A stretch of DNA of 64,000 nucleotides, taken from Eledone cirrhosa. Taxonomy: Eukaryota. Below the pieces are notes generated by a model, which was not told where the DNA came from, did not search any database, and saw only the letters and a program-made list of their open reading frames with translations. Each line of letters begins with the position of its first letter. The first letter of the stretch is position 1. The position numbers and the translations under genes are program-made. This document shows, piece after piece, positions 1 through 12,446 of this stretch. The stretch spans positions 268,212,001-268,276,000 of the forward strand of contig OZ024741.1 in the NCBI GenBank assembly GCA_964016885.1, given 5' to 3'.

Positions 1-1435
1 ACCTCACTATCCACCCACACCTCACCTCACTATCCACCCACACCTCACCTCACTATCCACCCACACCACACCTCACTATCCACCCACACCTCACCTCACT
101 ATCCACCCACACCACACCTCACTATCCACCCACACCTCACCTCACTATCCACCCACACCACACCTCACTATCCACCCACACCACACCTCACTATCCACCC
201 ACACCACACCTCACTATCCACCCACACCTCACCTCACTATCCACCCCATCTCACCTCACTATCCACCCACACCTCACCTCACTATCCACCCACACCTCAC
301 CTCACTATCCACCCACACCTCACCTCACTATCCACCCACACCTCACCTCACTATCCACCCACACCACACCTCACTATCCACCCACACCACACCTCACTAT
401 CCACCCACACCTCACCTCACTATCCACCCCATCTCACCTCACTATCCACCCACACCTCACCTCACTATCCACCCACACCTCACCTCACTATCCACCCACA
501 CCTCACCTCACTATCCACCCACACCTCACCTCACTATCCACCCACACCTCACCTCACTATCCACACCACACCTCACCTCACTATCCACACCACACCTCAC
601 TATCCACACCACACCACACCTCACTATCTACCCACACCTCACCTCACTATCCACCCCATCTCACCTCACTATCCACCCACACCACACCTCACTATCCACC
701 CACACCTCACCCCACTATTTACCCACACCACACCCCACTATTTACCCACACCACACCTCACTATCCACCCACACCACACCTCACTATCCACACCACACCC
801 CACTATCCACCCACACCTCACTATCCACACCACACCCCACTATTTACCCACACCACACCCCACTATCCACACCACACCCCACTATCCACCCCATCTCACC
901 TCACTATCCACCCACACCTCACTATCCACACCACACCCCACTATTTACCCACACCACACCCCACTATCCACCCACACTCACTATCCACACCACACCCCAC
1001 TATTTACCCACACCACACCCCACTATCCACCCACACCTCACTATCCACACCACACCCCACTATCCACCCACACCTCACTATCCACACCACACCCCACTAT
1101 CCACCCACACTCACTATCCACACCACACCTCACTATCCACCCACACCACACCCCACTATCCACCCACACCTCACTATCCACCCACACCTCACTATCCACA
1201 CCACACCCCACTATCCACCCACACCTCACTATCCACCCACACCTCACTATCCACACCACACCCCACTATCCACCCACACCCCACTATCCACCCACACCTC
1301 ACTATCCACCCACACCTCACTATCCACACCACACCTCACTATCCACACCTCACCACACCTCACTATCCACCCACACCTTACCTCACTATCCACACCACAC
1401 CTCACTATCCACACCACACCCCACTATTTACCCAC
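1..1435. repeat. C-rich minisatellite, ~18-23 bp unit (CACCTCACTATCCACCCACAC variants), running off the window start
   Basis: Visible tandem repetition of CACTATCCAC cores with variable CAC/CAT spacers; ORF 1041-1259 is just its translation. Confidence 0.95.
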
Positions 1436-1589
1436 AGTCACGTCACTGTTAACCATGTCTCTTTCTATCTACCCAAGGACACAACTGGTAGTAAAAGATC
1501 TGACCTCAGCTGCCACTAACACAGGTCAGTTAAGGTAACAGTTTTACTGTGGTTAACTCAATAACTGTATATCTCTTTCTGTCCCCCAG

Positions 1590-1736
1590 GATACAGCTGG
1601 TAGTGAACGATATGCATCTCTAACGCGCATGTACTACCGAGATGCAGGTGCAGCCATAGTGTGTTATGATCTATCGGATAAAAATACATTAGAGAGAGCC
1701 AGGTTTTGGATTGAAGAATTGAAGAACACTGAAGCT
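1590..1736 (+). CDS. RAB24: Rab24-like small GTPase, internal exon (G3/switch II)
   Basis: ttctgtcccccag| acceptor, |gtaagt donor, 147 nt: [49 protein letters not shown]; DTAGS (Ser for the catalytic Gln) is characteristic of Rab24. Confidence 0.9.
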
Positions 1737-3690
1737 GTAAGTTGAATATTTAGTATTGGTCTTCACCCTCATTGTGATGTGTGATGTGTGGGTGTTTGCA
1801 TGTACATATCATCATCCACGCTAGCATGGGTAGTACCAGTTGTCCCGTTGTGAGAGATCAGGTTGGGGGACCGTGATTCGCTCACACAGGACTGATTTTG
1901 GATTGGTTTCTATGGTTAGATGCCCTTCTTAATGCCAACCACTTTTAAAGTGAAAACCATCATCATCATCATTGTTTAATGTACTTTCATGTGTTAGGCA
2001 AGCTATGATATACTGAGATAGAGATGGGTAGAGAAGTGGCAGAGTTGTTAGAACGTCAGATAGAGTGCTTTGCGGTATTCGTTCCAGCTCTCTGCTCTCT
2101 GAGTTCAAATCCCACTGAGGTCAACTTTGCCTTTCATCCTTTTGAGGTCGATAAAAAAGTACCAGTCTAGTACTGAGGTCAATTCTACCTCTGTCTTTTT
2201 TCTCACTACCTTTCTCTTAATCTCTCTCTCCCCTTCTCTGGAAGAAATCTGCTGTGTTCAGACCTGGAGAAGGATGGGCTCTGTCAGGCTTTAAATGGCC
2301 AAGAGACACCATGTCACTATGGTGCTCCTATGACTCCTTCAGGAGTTACAAGGAGGAGGTCCTGAATGATGTTTTATGAAAGAAATGAGTGGTGTCTAGC
2401 AGTGCACTGTAGAGCTGTATCAGGTTTTCCATGTGGTATGAATTGGAGAAGGAAGGAGGAATTAGTGATGTGAAGGGAGGTGGAGAGAACAAGGTAGCAG
2501 AGAGAGGGACTGGGTGTCAAAGATCATGTATGTGTAAGGAGGAAGTCTAGGTGGATGAGGGAGGCTAGATAGTGGAAGGAGGTATATTTAGCAGGGAAGG
2601 GCTAACCTAAATATCGTTACACCTCTCTGCTATTTACTACTGTGCTCTCCTTGCCCATTTTATTCAGCTTGTTTTCTGTAGTACGGCATATCACCCAAGT
2701 CTCACTTCCATGCAGCATCGCAATTCTTACACAAGCATCATACAATCTGCACCCTGGAATAGAAACCTTTTGTAGCCAGCAGGAGTAACAGCTCCCTCAA
2801 CTGGCTACACAGGGTTACACATGATCTTCAACAGCCCCGGCCCCTCTCTGCTACCTTGTTCTCTTCACCTCCCATTCACATCACTAATTCCTCCTTCCTT
2901 CTCCAATTCACACCAGATAGAAAACCTGACACAGCTTTACACCACTCACTGTCTCACACAACAACATTCAGATCCTCCTTCTCCCTATCAGATTCACTAC
3001 TTCATTCCCCAGCTATTCTTCCCACCCTTGTCCAACCCATGCCCGCATGGAAAGGCAGATGCACCCTTACATCCTTGAATTCAGAGATCCTTGTTCAACC
3101 ATGTCAGACATCATCACTTATTAAAGTTATCTCTCCCTCTCATCTTCCCCATCCCCCTAAGCAAGCAACATGAAGCCTACCTTTAACCCATTCCCAGTTC
3201 CCCCCCCCCCCACTCAACACGGCCTACCCAGCCTAAACAAGGACACAATGAACACCCAAGTATTAAAACGTGGTAGTTCTGGGGCCACAACAAAGTACAT
3301 TCAGCCCACTCTGTAAACTAATACTGCTGGTATCACAATAAATGCACCCAAACCACATTGTATGATAGTAGTGGTGGTGCCACAATAAATTGTACCCAGT
3401 ATACACCATATTATGGTTGACATTAGGATGAACATCCAATCATAGAAACCTTGCCAAAATGGAGCATATGAGCAAGACACAGTTATCTGACATGTCTGGC
3501 CACAAAACATGGGAATCTGTCTAGCCCATGCAAGCATGGAAAGTAGATGTAACACTGTGATGAAGATGATATATATACGACAAGGTGCTGAAAAGTTCCT
3601 GGCTATAAAGATATAGCAAAAGGGTAGAGCTGTTATCTTTACGTGGGAGGTAGGACTGCAGCAATAAGTGTGTGAATCTAAGAGGGGAAT

Positions 3691-4066
3691 ATTCATTTCA
3701 TTTCATTTTACGTCCGCTTGCAAGGGTGGGATGGGAACTGATTTTTGGCTTGATTTCTACAGTTGGATGCCCTTCCTAACACCAACCTCATTTACAGTGA
3801 GTGCTGGGTGCTTTTTTTCCGTGGCGCCTACACGTCCACTTTACAGTGTGGGCTGGGTGCTTTTTTGCCGTGGAGCCTCCACGACCACTCTACAGTGGAA
3901 TATGGACCCCAGTCCCTATCATCTCATTTCTACAGCTGAGTAAACTGGAGCAATGTGAAATAAAGTGTCTTGCTCAAGGAAACAACACATCACCCAGTCT
4001 GAGAATTGAACTCATAACCTTTCGATTGCAAGGCCAATGCTCTAACCACTAAGCCATGTGCCTCCA
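3691..4066 (-). mobile_element. tRNA-headed SINE with RTE-derived tail (family A)
   Basis: Minus-strand head GGAGGCACATGGCTTAGTGGTTAGAGC...AGTTCAATTC (A/B boxes); tail resembles the RTE 3' end at ~56020-56075; near-identical copies at 8299, 43035, 56288. Confidence 0.8.
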
Positions 4067-4614
4067 TGTTAAATAAAATCATAATTAACTGATCCTCCTG
4101 TATTTTCTTTTACCCAAAGCCGTATATATGACGATATATATCATCACAGTTTAACATCCATTTTCCCTGCTATCAAGGGTTCGATGGGTCATCATAGACT
4201 GAGTCAGTACTCAAGCAGAGCTACTGACATTCAGATGAGCTAGGGTCCTCCATCTCACATTCCTGCACTCTACTCAGTGCTCAGGCAAGCCAGAGCCCAC
4301 ATTTCACTTACAAAATTGTCCCGCACACTATTAAGTTCATTTTATCATGCAACCAGGACTAAGGTGGTTGTCATGTCTTTGATGCAGCTGAAGAGTCCTC
4401 CCAACCCTTTGTTTGACAAGTTTTCTGCAGCTAGATGCTCTTCCTATCACCAACCACTTTACAGAATATACAAACACATACACTTTACATATCACAAAAG
4501 TTGCTCCACACATTTTAATATCTCCTCCTCACATTTAAGAAACTCCTCAGTCGAGGTCAGTCTTTAATTCTGTCATGTTAACATCCATTCTCAAGATGTG
4601 GCCTTTATTTGCAG

Positions 4615-4714
4615 GACTGCAGGCTGTATCTGTGTGGCACCAAAAAGGACCTTCTTCAAACACAATCTTGTCCCCAAAAGGTTCAACGGGGAGATGCTGA
4701 AGCTCTAGGAGACA
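4615..4714 (+). CDS. RAB24: Rab24-like exon (G4 motif)
   Basis: tttgcag|...|gtaagt; DCRLYLCGTKKDLLQTQSCPQKVQRGDAEALGD, TKxD G4 variant as in Rab24; phase matches neighbours. Confidence 0.9.
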
Positions 4715-5079
4715 GTAAGTTTGTTTTTTCCTTGAATTGTTACTGTGGATTGGCAGTGTCTGTAAAGCATTGGACAACATGCTTCGTGGCATAGAGTTAC
4801 GGCTCTTTACGTTCTGAGTTCAAATCCCACCAAGGCTAGCTAGCCTTTTATCATTACGGGATTTGATAAAATAAAGCACAAGTCACGCACTGGGGTCAAT
4901 TTAATCGATTTTACCCACCCCCAAAATTGTTGGCCTTGTTCCTAAATCAGGAACCAGTATTATATTTTACTAACCACTCCCCCAAATGTTCTCGCCTTGT
5001 GCCTATGTTAAAAACAATTGTTATTGTTAGGACATGGAAGTGGCAGAGTTGTTATAGTGTTGGACAAATGCTTAGGACT

Positions 5080-5520
5080 AGAGCTTATGGCTTTCACAGT
5101 CCCTCCATTGTCTGTAAGAAAAGACAGGGCCCATGATCCTTATAGTTCTTCCATGGTCGGTAGGAAGGGACGACAAAGCCATGGCCTTCACAGTCTCTGC
5201 ATGGTTTATAGGAAGGGAGAAGGCCATGGCCTTCACAGTCCCTCTATAGTCTAGAGGAAAGGATAAGACCCAAGGTCTTTACAGTCCCTCTATAGTGTAG
5301 AGGAAAGAACAGGGCCCATGGTCTGTAGGAAGGGACAAGGCCCATGGTTTTCACAGTCCCTCTATAGTCTAGAGGAAAGGATAAGACCCAAGGTCTTTAC
5401 AGTCCCTCTATAGTGTAGAGGAAAGAACAGGGCCCATGGTCTGTAGGAAGGGACAAGGCCCATGGTTTTCACAGTCCCTCTATAGTCTAGAAGAAAGGAC
5501 AGGGCTCATGGTCTAGAGGA
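5080..5520. repeat. Minisatellite, ~46-bp subunits with a 118-bp higher-order repeat
   Basis: CACAGTCCCTCTATAGTCTAGA recurs at 5234, 5352, 5470. Confidence 0.85.
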
Positions 5521-5671
5521 TAGTACAAGCCCCCCACTGATCTTCACAGCTCTCTGAGATTGATGAAACCAATACATTTAATCTTTTAATCTTCCTAAAC
5601 AGTTGCAGGATGCACACTCACACACTCACCAATCTTCTGTCTATATATTCTCTGTTTCTCTGTCCAATCAG

Positions 5672-5722
5672 ATTTCTCTGCTGAAGTGTTTGAAACATCA
5701 AGTAAAACTGGAGAAAATATTA
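5672..5722 (+). CDS. RAB24: Rab24-like exon (G5 motif)
   Basis: ccaatcag|...|gtaagt; (N)FSAEVFETSSKTGENI; 51 nt, phase 1-1. Confidence 0.9.
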
Positions 5723-7201
5723 GTAAGTATTGTTGCTATGGTTACTGAACACATACTATCATTGCCATGGTTACAGAATAGAGCATTGGGGAGGTAGATT
5801 GATTGATAATGTGCAAGACTGACCATCAATTGTTGTTTAGCCCTGGGTTGGCTCTGATTAAGGAGTCATGATCAAAAGCATACATTCTAGCTGTGACCAT
5901 CACATTTTGTTTTCTGTTAACCTTAATATATCTCCTTATTCTCCACTTCCTACTTCTCCTCCTCTTTCTCTTCCTTCTTCTCCTCCTCTTCCTTCTTCTT
6001 CCACTTATTCCTGAGAGGTTTGTGAAGAGGTAGATTCCATCAGACATGCCTCCCAGAAGATCTTGGGAGCAGCCATCTCCAAATAACCCTGCTGGGTCCC
6101 CAAGTGAGAATATTGTTGAATATAGGTTGCATATCCTGGGACCCAAAAGAGGGTCTAGAAGAGAACAAATGTTAACAATTAGCTACTCAAACATTTAAAC
6201 TCTTACAGGTAAGGAGCAGAAACTAGTGGAGGAAGCCAGATGTTACCAGCTAGGTATAGTCCGGTTTTTCTCAACAAAGTTCTGCTCTGATATCGTAGAT
6301 TTTGATGGAGGATAATGTATTTTGGACTACATTATTTAATGTGCACATTTTTTTAAGACAGGCAAGTGTGATTTGAAGCAAATTTGGCTGCTATGTCTAT
6401 GACTACATTAAGGCACCATAATTGGCTTGTTTTTAAATAATTGTTGTTTAGCCCCAGATCAGACCCATGATTTTATAGGCGTTTCTGCCATAACCATCCA
6501 TCTTATTTCAAGCATTTTGACCAAGATTACATGATGCAATGTGTCCTTCCATTTTAAAAATAGTAGGGTTCGGTTTTAGGGAGATTTGACTGCTGTTTCT
6601 AGCAGGTTTAACAACAATGTAGAAGTTCCCTCCATGTTACCTGAGGGGTGCCTACACATTCATCCCCTCCCCACACTTTTGTAAACTATATCACTAACAA
6701 GTGTTTTGGCTCATTCTGTGGAGAGGAGGGTTGTGGCATTGGTGAGCCCCCTTGAAGGGATCTATTAAGAATGCAAAACTGACCTACACAGTAGCTCCCT
6801 TAAAACACTGAGACTGACATGTTGGACAGACCAGATCCTTTATATACAACGCTGATGTCTGAGGTAGGAGACATTATAATGCTACAGTCAATAATAATGT
6901 TGTCATGGGTACTGAATATAGAGGTGTTATTTTTAGTGTTGCCATAGTTACTGAATAATGAGGCATATCACTCCTCCCTATTTTTCATATCATGATCATT
7001 GTTTTAACGTCTGCTTTCTCTGCCAGCAAGGGTTGGGCGAGCCTACACAGACCAAGTCAGTACTGAAGTGGAGCCACTGATTTCCCAGGCAGGCCAGGGA
7101 TCTGTGTATAGTCTTGTATCATACATAATGTATTTCACAAATCATGTTTTAATGCATGTCTTCTGTAAGATATCATAAATCTGTTGTTGTTGTTGTTACA
7201 G

Positions 7202-7276
7202 AGGAGTTATTTCTACACATTGCTGAAGATTATGCTCAACTGTGGAAAAAGAATAAAACTATTGCTTTGTCAAGAG
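7202..7276 (+). CDS. RAB24: Rab24-like exon (helix 5)
   Basis: ttgttacag|...|gtaagc; (K)ELFLHIAEDYAQLWKKNKTIALSR; resembles Rab24 ELFQKVAEDY. Confidence 0.88.
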
Positions 7277-8298
7277 GTAAGCTTCTATGTGTCTGTGGGG
7301 GAGGGCCTGTGTATGTGTGTGGGTCTGTATATGTCAGTGTGTGTAAGATCTATGTATGGGTCTGTGTATGTCAGTGTCTAGCACTCTGTATGTTTGTGTG
7401 GGGGGGAGGGGGGGGGGTCTGTGTGTGTCAGTGTATGTTTCTGTAACATCTATTTTGTGTGTGTGTATGTCAGTGTGCATGTATGAGCTATATTTAGTAC
7501 TCACTTTGCTAATAATGATACCGAGAACAGTTATTCTGTGTGTGTGTGTAATACACATGGACATAGAGTATAGCGAATTACTTAAGAAGTTCACTCTGCA
7601 ATCATGAGGTCCAAAGTTCAATATGACAGCGAGACAGCAAACGCAAGTTCCTTTTAACTTAACCCGTAGGTAACCCAAGCTTTGGGGCTGAAATTGGGTG
7701 GATGGAAAATGTGTGGAAGCCCATTGGAAGGATTGCATCAATAATTCAAAGAGCCAGTCTTGTCATACACTATGTCATGCTGATTGTACTTGAGAATTAT
7801 ATAAAGAGAATATCTGTGGAATACTCAGCCACCAACACCGTAATGCAGTGAGTAGGCTTCACTCTCCCTTTCTCTCTCTTTATATATATATACATGGTAA
7901 AGTTGCACACAAAAAAAAAAATTAAACAAAAGCATTTTACTTCCTCGTCATCCACCCCCTGGGCAATTTCATGCATAAGTGTGGCATATATATATGTAGC
8001 AATATCTGAAGGTGTGAAAATGAAAAAGGCAAACAGTGCTCAATTGGGAAGAAAGCAGAAATATTACATTATTTATGGTCATACACAGAATAGAAGCTCT
8101 ACCCAAGATTTCAAGGCCCAAAATTGATCTCCAGAATACAAGAAGCATCAAAATTATGACCCATCTTCAGGTGTTTATACTCATATTCTGGAGGTGTGGT
8201 CACTATTGGGTCTTCAAACCTTGGGTAGCGCCTTTGTTCTGTGCATGAATAAACAGAAATAATATGTATATATATATATCATCATTTCATCATTTTCA

Positions 8299-8622
8299 TG
8301 GAGGCACATGGCTTAGTGGTTAGAGCATTGGCCTTGCAATCGAAAGGTTGTGAGTTCAATTCTCAGACAGGGTGATGAGCAAGACACTTTATTTCACATT
8401 GCTCCAGTTTACTCAGCTGTAGAAATGAGATGATAGAGACTGGGGTCCATATCATTCCACTGCAAAGTGGTCGTGGAGGTTCCACGGCAAAAAAGCACCC
8501 AGCACTCACTGTAAATGAGGTTGGTGTTAGGAAGGGCATCCAGCTGTAGAAATCAAGCCAGAATCAGTTCCCATCCCACCCTTGCAAGCAGGGAAAAAGC
8601 GGACGTAAAATGAAATGATGAA
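8299..8622 (+). mobile_element. SINE family A copy
   Basis: Same head, body and tail as 3691-4066 in opposite orientation. Confidence 0.8.
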
Positions 8623-8625
8623 ACG

Positions 8626-8668
<43 letters not shown>

Positions 8669-9549
8669 ACCCTTATGCATGAAATTGCATTGCCCAGATA
8701 AATGATCTACACAATAAATGCACCCAGTATACCCTGTAAAGTGGTGGTTGGGTGATAGGAAGGGTATCCAGTCGTAGAAAACTTGACAAACAAAGGGTTG
8801 AAAAGACTTTTCAGCTGTGTCAAAGATATGACAACCTCCCTAGTGCTGGTACTGCAATAAAATGCACTCAGTAAAGTGTTGGATCATATTTCGGACTCTC
8901 TGCCCAGTATTTGAGTACTGATTGGTCTCTCATGTGTCCAACTGTTGCTAGCAGGGAAAATGGACGTTAATTGATGATGATGATTTCTTTATTGACCATT
9001 AACCATCATAATTAAGGCTATATGGTTTAGGAGTTTGCTTCACAGCCATATAGTTTCAAGTTCTGTTTTACTATGCAGCACTTTCAGCATGTTTTATCTT
9101 CAGTAGTCCCAGGTTAACCAAGGTGTTTTGAATGAAATTTAGAAGGCAGAAACTGATGAAACTCATTGCATCATGTGGATGTTTGTGTGCGTGAGGGTGA
9201 GTTTGTGTTTATGCTGTTTGTTTACGTCCTATAATTTAGCACTTCATCAAAAGATCAGATCAATAACATATGTATCAAATGTATATTAAAAATAAGTACT
9301 GGCCTCAGAATGGCCACAGTCCAAAGACTGAAAGCAGTAAAAGACTAAAATATATGAAATGTAGAGTAATTTTGTAATGCCATGTGTAATTGTTTTTGTA
9401 TCAATGCATAATTATATATATATACACACACATATATATATATGCATGTGTGTGTGTGTGTGTATATATATCCCTAAATATATATATATCCCTATACATA
9501 TAAATATCCCTATCTATATATATCTCACTATTATCCTGCTGCTTCTCAG

Positions 9550-9585
9550 GAATTGAATATGGAAACAGTGATGATGATTCAAGTG
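9550..9585 (+). CDS. RAB24: Probable 36-nt exon in the Rab24 hypervariable region
   Basis: ctgcttctcag| and |gtgagc, phase 1-1, in frame (G)IEYGNSDDDSS; no homology support. Confidence 0.5.
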
Positions 9586-10032
9586 GTGAGCACAACTGTA
9601 ATGCTAAATCTGTGTATGTGTGCCATGGTTTCACTGCTTCTAATTGTTTACATTGCATTTTCTTCTGGCTCGGGGTTTGTCCCTTAACTTTGCTACACTG
9701 CACTATGGTAACAGTATAACATTGCATGATTCGTTTTGTAACACAAAGTTTATTTGTTTGTTTGTTTGTTTGGAGCAGCATGAGTAAAGGGACAGGCCTG
9801 TAACTTTAAACTCTCTGAAGAGTGAATGCTTACTGCAAATATCTGTGTTTTATCTATATATATTGTGGTATTAAATGTTGTTTAATTGGTAGTTGGAGTT
9901 GCATTTACATCACTCCAATCAATAAATAGATAGTGGTGTAAGTAGAATCAAGCACTCTACGTGCTATGTATCTTTCCATTTGTGATGTGGAATCACCTGA
10001 GTAGTACATGACAAAGTATACTTGCAATGTTC

Positions 10033-10230
10033 ATGAATACAAAGGCTAGATTTTCATAATTTTCATCATTACATAATTTGCTGTAATACATCAAAAATTG
10101 TATTACCTAAAATGCTATCTGAAGAAGTTGTATCAATAATTACATAATAGCACCATTGCATAATAAAGAAATGTGTATTACAGCAAATTATGTAATAATG
10201 AGAATTATGGAAATCAAGCCTTTATATTCA
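10033..10230. repeat. Fold-back inverted repeat with degenerate hammerhead-like core in the loop
   Basis: ~55-bp arms are reverse complements; loop contains tgctat-CTGAAGA...TA-atagca. Confidence 0.75.
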
Positions 10231-10639
10231 ATATTATTGTGGGTGTATATAGATTTGTAGACCTTCCCACATGAACTGCATGTTACACTATCTGTTTGAT
10301 ATAATCTTACTATAATTAACATTATGTCCAGCCTGTTGAAATTGTTGTGAATAATTCAACCAACCTTTGAAAGACATAGATAGGTCACAAACAACAAGAT
10401 CCCAGACCTCATTCACTTATCGAATGGAATGGAACTCATCAAATTGGACCATGTTTCCATTGGTCTTAACATTGCTGATACTATCTACCGGTTGCAACTC
10501 CTTGCAGAAAGAGCAACACGAAATAAAGTGTCTTGCTCAAGGACATAATGCATAGCCCAGTCAACTCACACACTCATGATTGCAAATCCAATTCTTTAAC
10601 CACTAAGCCATGCACCTTCACAAAAGGTATATGTGACCA

Positions 10640-10960
10640 CAATATGGAAAGACATATGTGACCACAAAAGCTGAGGACCATGTTTACTACTTCCACTTTA
10701 CAAATTGTGTATTTTCATGCTGATCACTTAAATTTTCAAAATCATCTGCACTATTCTTTTGACCTTCAGTGGTGATGAAAAGCATTTCTTTCTCCTGTTG
10801 TCCTCACATATTTCAAATGCTTTCAAAGAGGATTTTACACAATCCTTAAACCACAGACTTGATTTTTTCTAGGAGTGCTTTCCACATACAAACTCACCAT
10901 AAAGCATCTGTTTCTGGATTCTCATGGATCATTCGTTTGTATATAAACTATCTGATCCTA
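10640..10960 (-). mobile_element. Degenerate RTE/BovB-type LINE C-terminal fragment
   Basis: Minus strand reads RIQKQMLYGEFVCGKHS*...FKDCVKSSLK, like the RTE PKQLLYGEL...RFKD..K motif. Confidence 0.5.
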
Positions 10961-10989
10961 TGTAAATGATGCATGTGTGATTGTCTTAA

Positions 10990-11210
10990 CCCTTTAGCAT
11001 TTACATTACTCTATTTATACTATTGTATTTTTGCTTTAAAGGCTTTTCCCCACATAATTATCTCACATAATATCAAATCTATAAGATTTTGCTATTATTT
11101 ATTTTGAGAACAATACCTTAACGTCGGTACGAATGGCCGGTTACAGCAGTTTTGAACAGAAAGAGGTGAGAGAATTCTGGCCGGATATGGCTGGTTTAAA
11201 CGCTAAAGTG
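10990..11210 (+). mobile_element. piggyBac-type MITE
   Basis: TTAA|CCCTTTAGCATTTA ... TAAACGCTAAAGTG|TTAA; at least 7 related copies in the window. Confidence 0.8.
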
Positions 11211-11837
11211 TTAAACATCTCTGAAAGCGCTTATGATGATTTACATGATGCTTGAAAAGAATCCATATTTCAAATGAGTAAAGAAGAGAGGTCAGTCTAA
11301 TGTTTATTAACTTTGTGGTGATGCCATGTTGACACCAGCCATGAGACTTGAGGGTCCAGAAGCCTTAGAATTATTTCATCTTCTAAAGAGCAAGAATGGC
11401 TCTGTGTGCTGTCCAAGTAGACAAACTTGTCTACTACTTTCAATTCTTTTCCTTCAACTAAGATGAATAATTACACTACAGATGTGTATTTTCTGGAGCA
11501 GGCTGAAACATTACAACAGTTTTGCCCAGACTAGTACTGAGACCAAATGCTTTACTAGATGCAGAAATATAATCCATGAGAGTTTGGGTATCTTCAGTAA
11601 TATGTGCGACAAAGACATGTTCACTTCTATAGAGGAGATTACTTGAAATTTAAAACAATTTTGTGTTTTACAAATAGTGGAAATCTGTCAGATTCCCAAA
11701 ACTGAACCAACAGAAAAAGACAGGAGTTTTGTTCATATTTTCTGGAAAAATCCTAATCTTTAGATGAGCAATGCCTTCTGCAAATGAAACTCCTCCTCTG
11801 TGTGTGTGTATTCACACGTTTATGTATAAATATATAT

Positions 11838-11940
11838 GTACTTGCTTTGGCAGTACATATACTAAAATTGGAACAATACAGAGAAGATTAGTATGGCCCC
11901 TGTGCAAGGATGACACGCAAATTCGTGAAGCATTCCATAT
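11838..11940 (+). pseudogene. U6: U6 snRNA pseudogene
   Basis: Full-length match to U6 (ACAGAGA box intact) with several C>T/G>A changes mostly at CpGs; no oligo-T terminator; embedded in TA/TG microsatellite. Confidence 0.9.
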
Positions 11941-12446
11941 ATGTCTGTTTGTGTGTGTGCAAAGAAAGCAGACATTAAACAATGATAATATACATATATT
12001 GTTTGTATACACTCACACATACATATAAAGTTATCATTTTATGTCAGCTTTTCCATGTTTGCATGTGTGAGACACATATATGTATGTGTGTGTGTGTATA
12101 TATATGTACACAATTTTTACCAAAAGTGTATATATATACATATACACACACACATATGTAGTAGAACATTAATGTTGGTCAGTTTGTTCACTCCTTTACA
12201 CATTAACTTTGCTTCGTTTAATCCTGCACACCGCTTCACTAAATGGTGTTATTTGTTTCATGTGTGTTTATTGGTTTATATTATTCATTTAATCGTATGT
12301 CATATCATTGGTTTTTGATGTAATAATTCCATGTCTGTATATACTTGTTGACACTTGGTCCCTCTCTCATCTTGCACTCTTCACTGCCTCCCTAGACAGC
12401 CAAGGGACACAACAGGATTCCAAATGTCATAATGATGTAGCACTAG

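Noticed and set aside
3990-4066. tRNA genes here and at 8299, 32400, 49050
   Set aside because: These are SINE heads continuing into repeat bodies, with no complete cloverleaf
5826-6146. Arg/Lys-rich protamine-like ORF
   Set aside because: Translation of a CT-rich low-complexity tract next to LINE debris
10770-10849. Alternative Rab24 last exon containing FSCCPH
   Set aside because: CC is 15 residues from the stop and the region is the antisense of an RTE relic; 19098-19174 fits better
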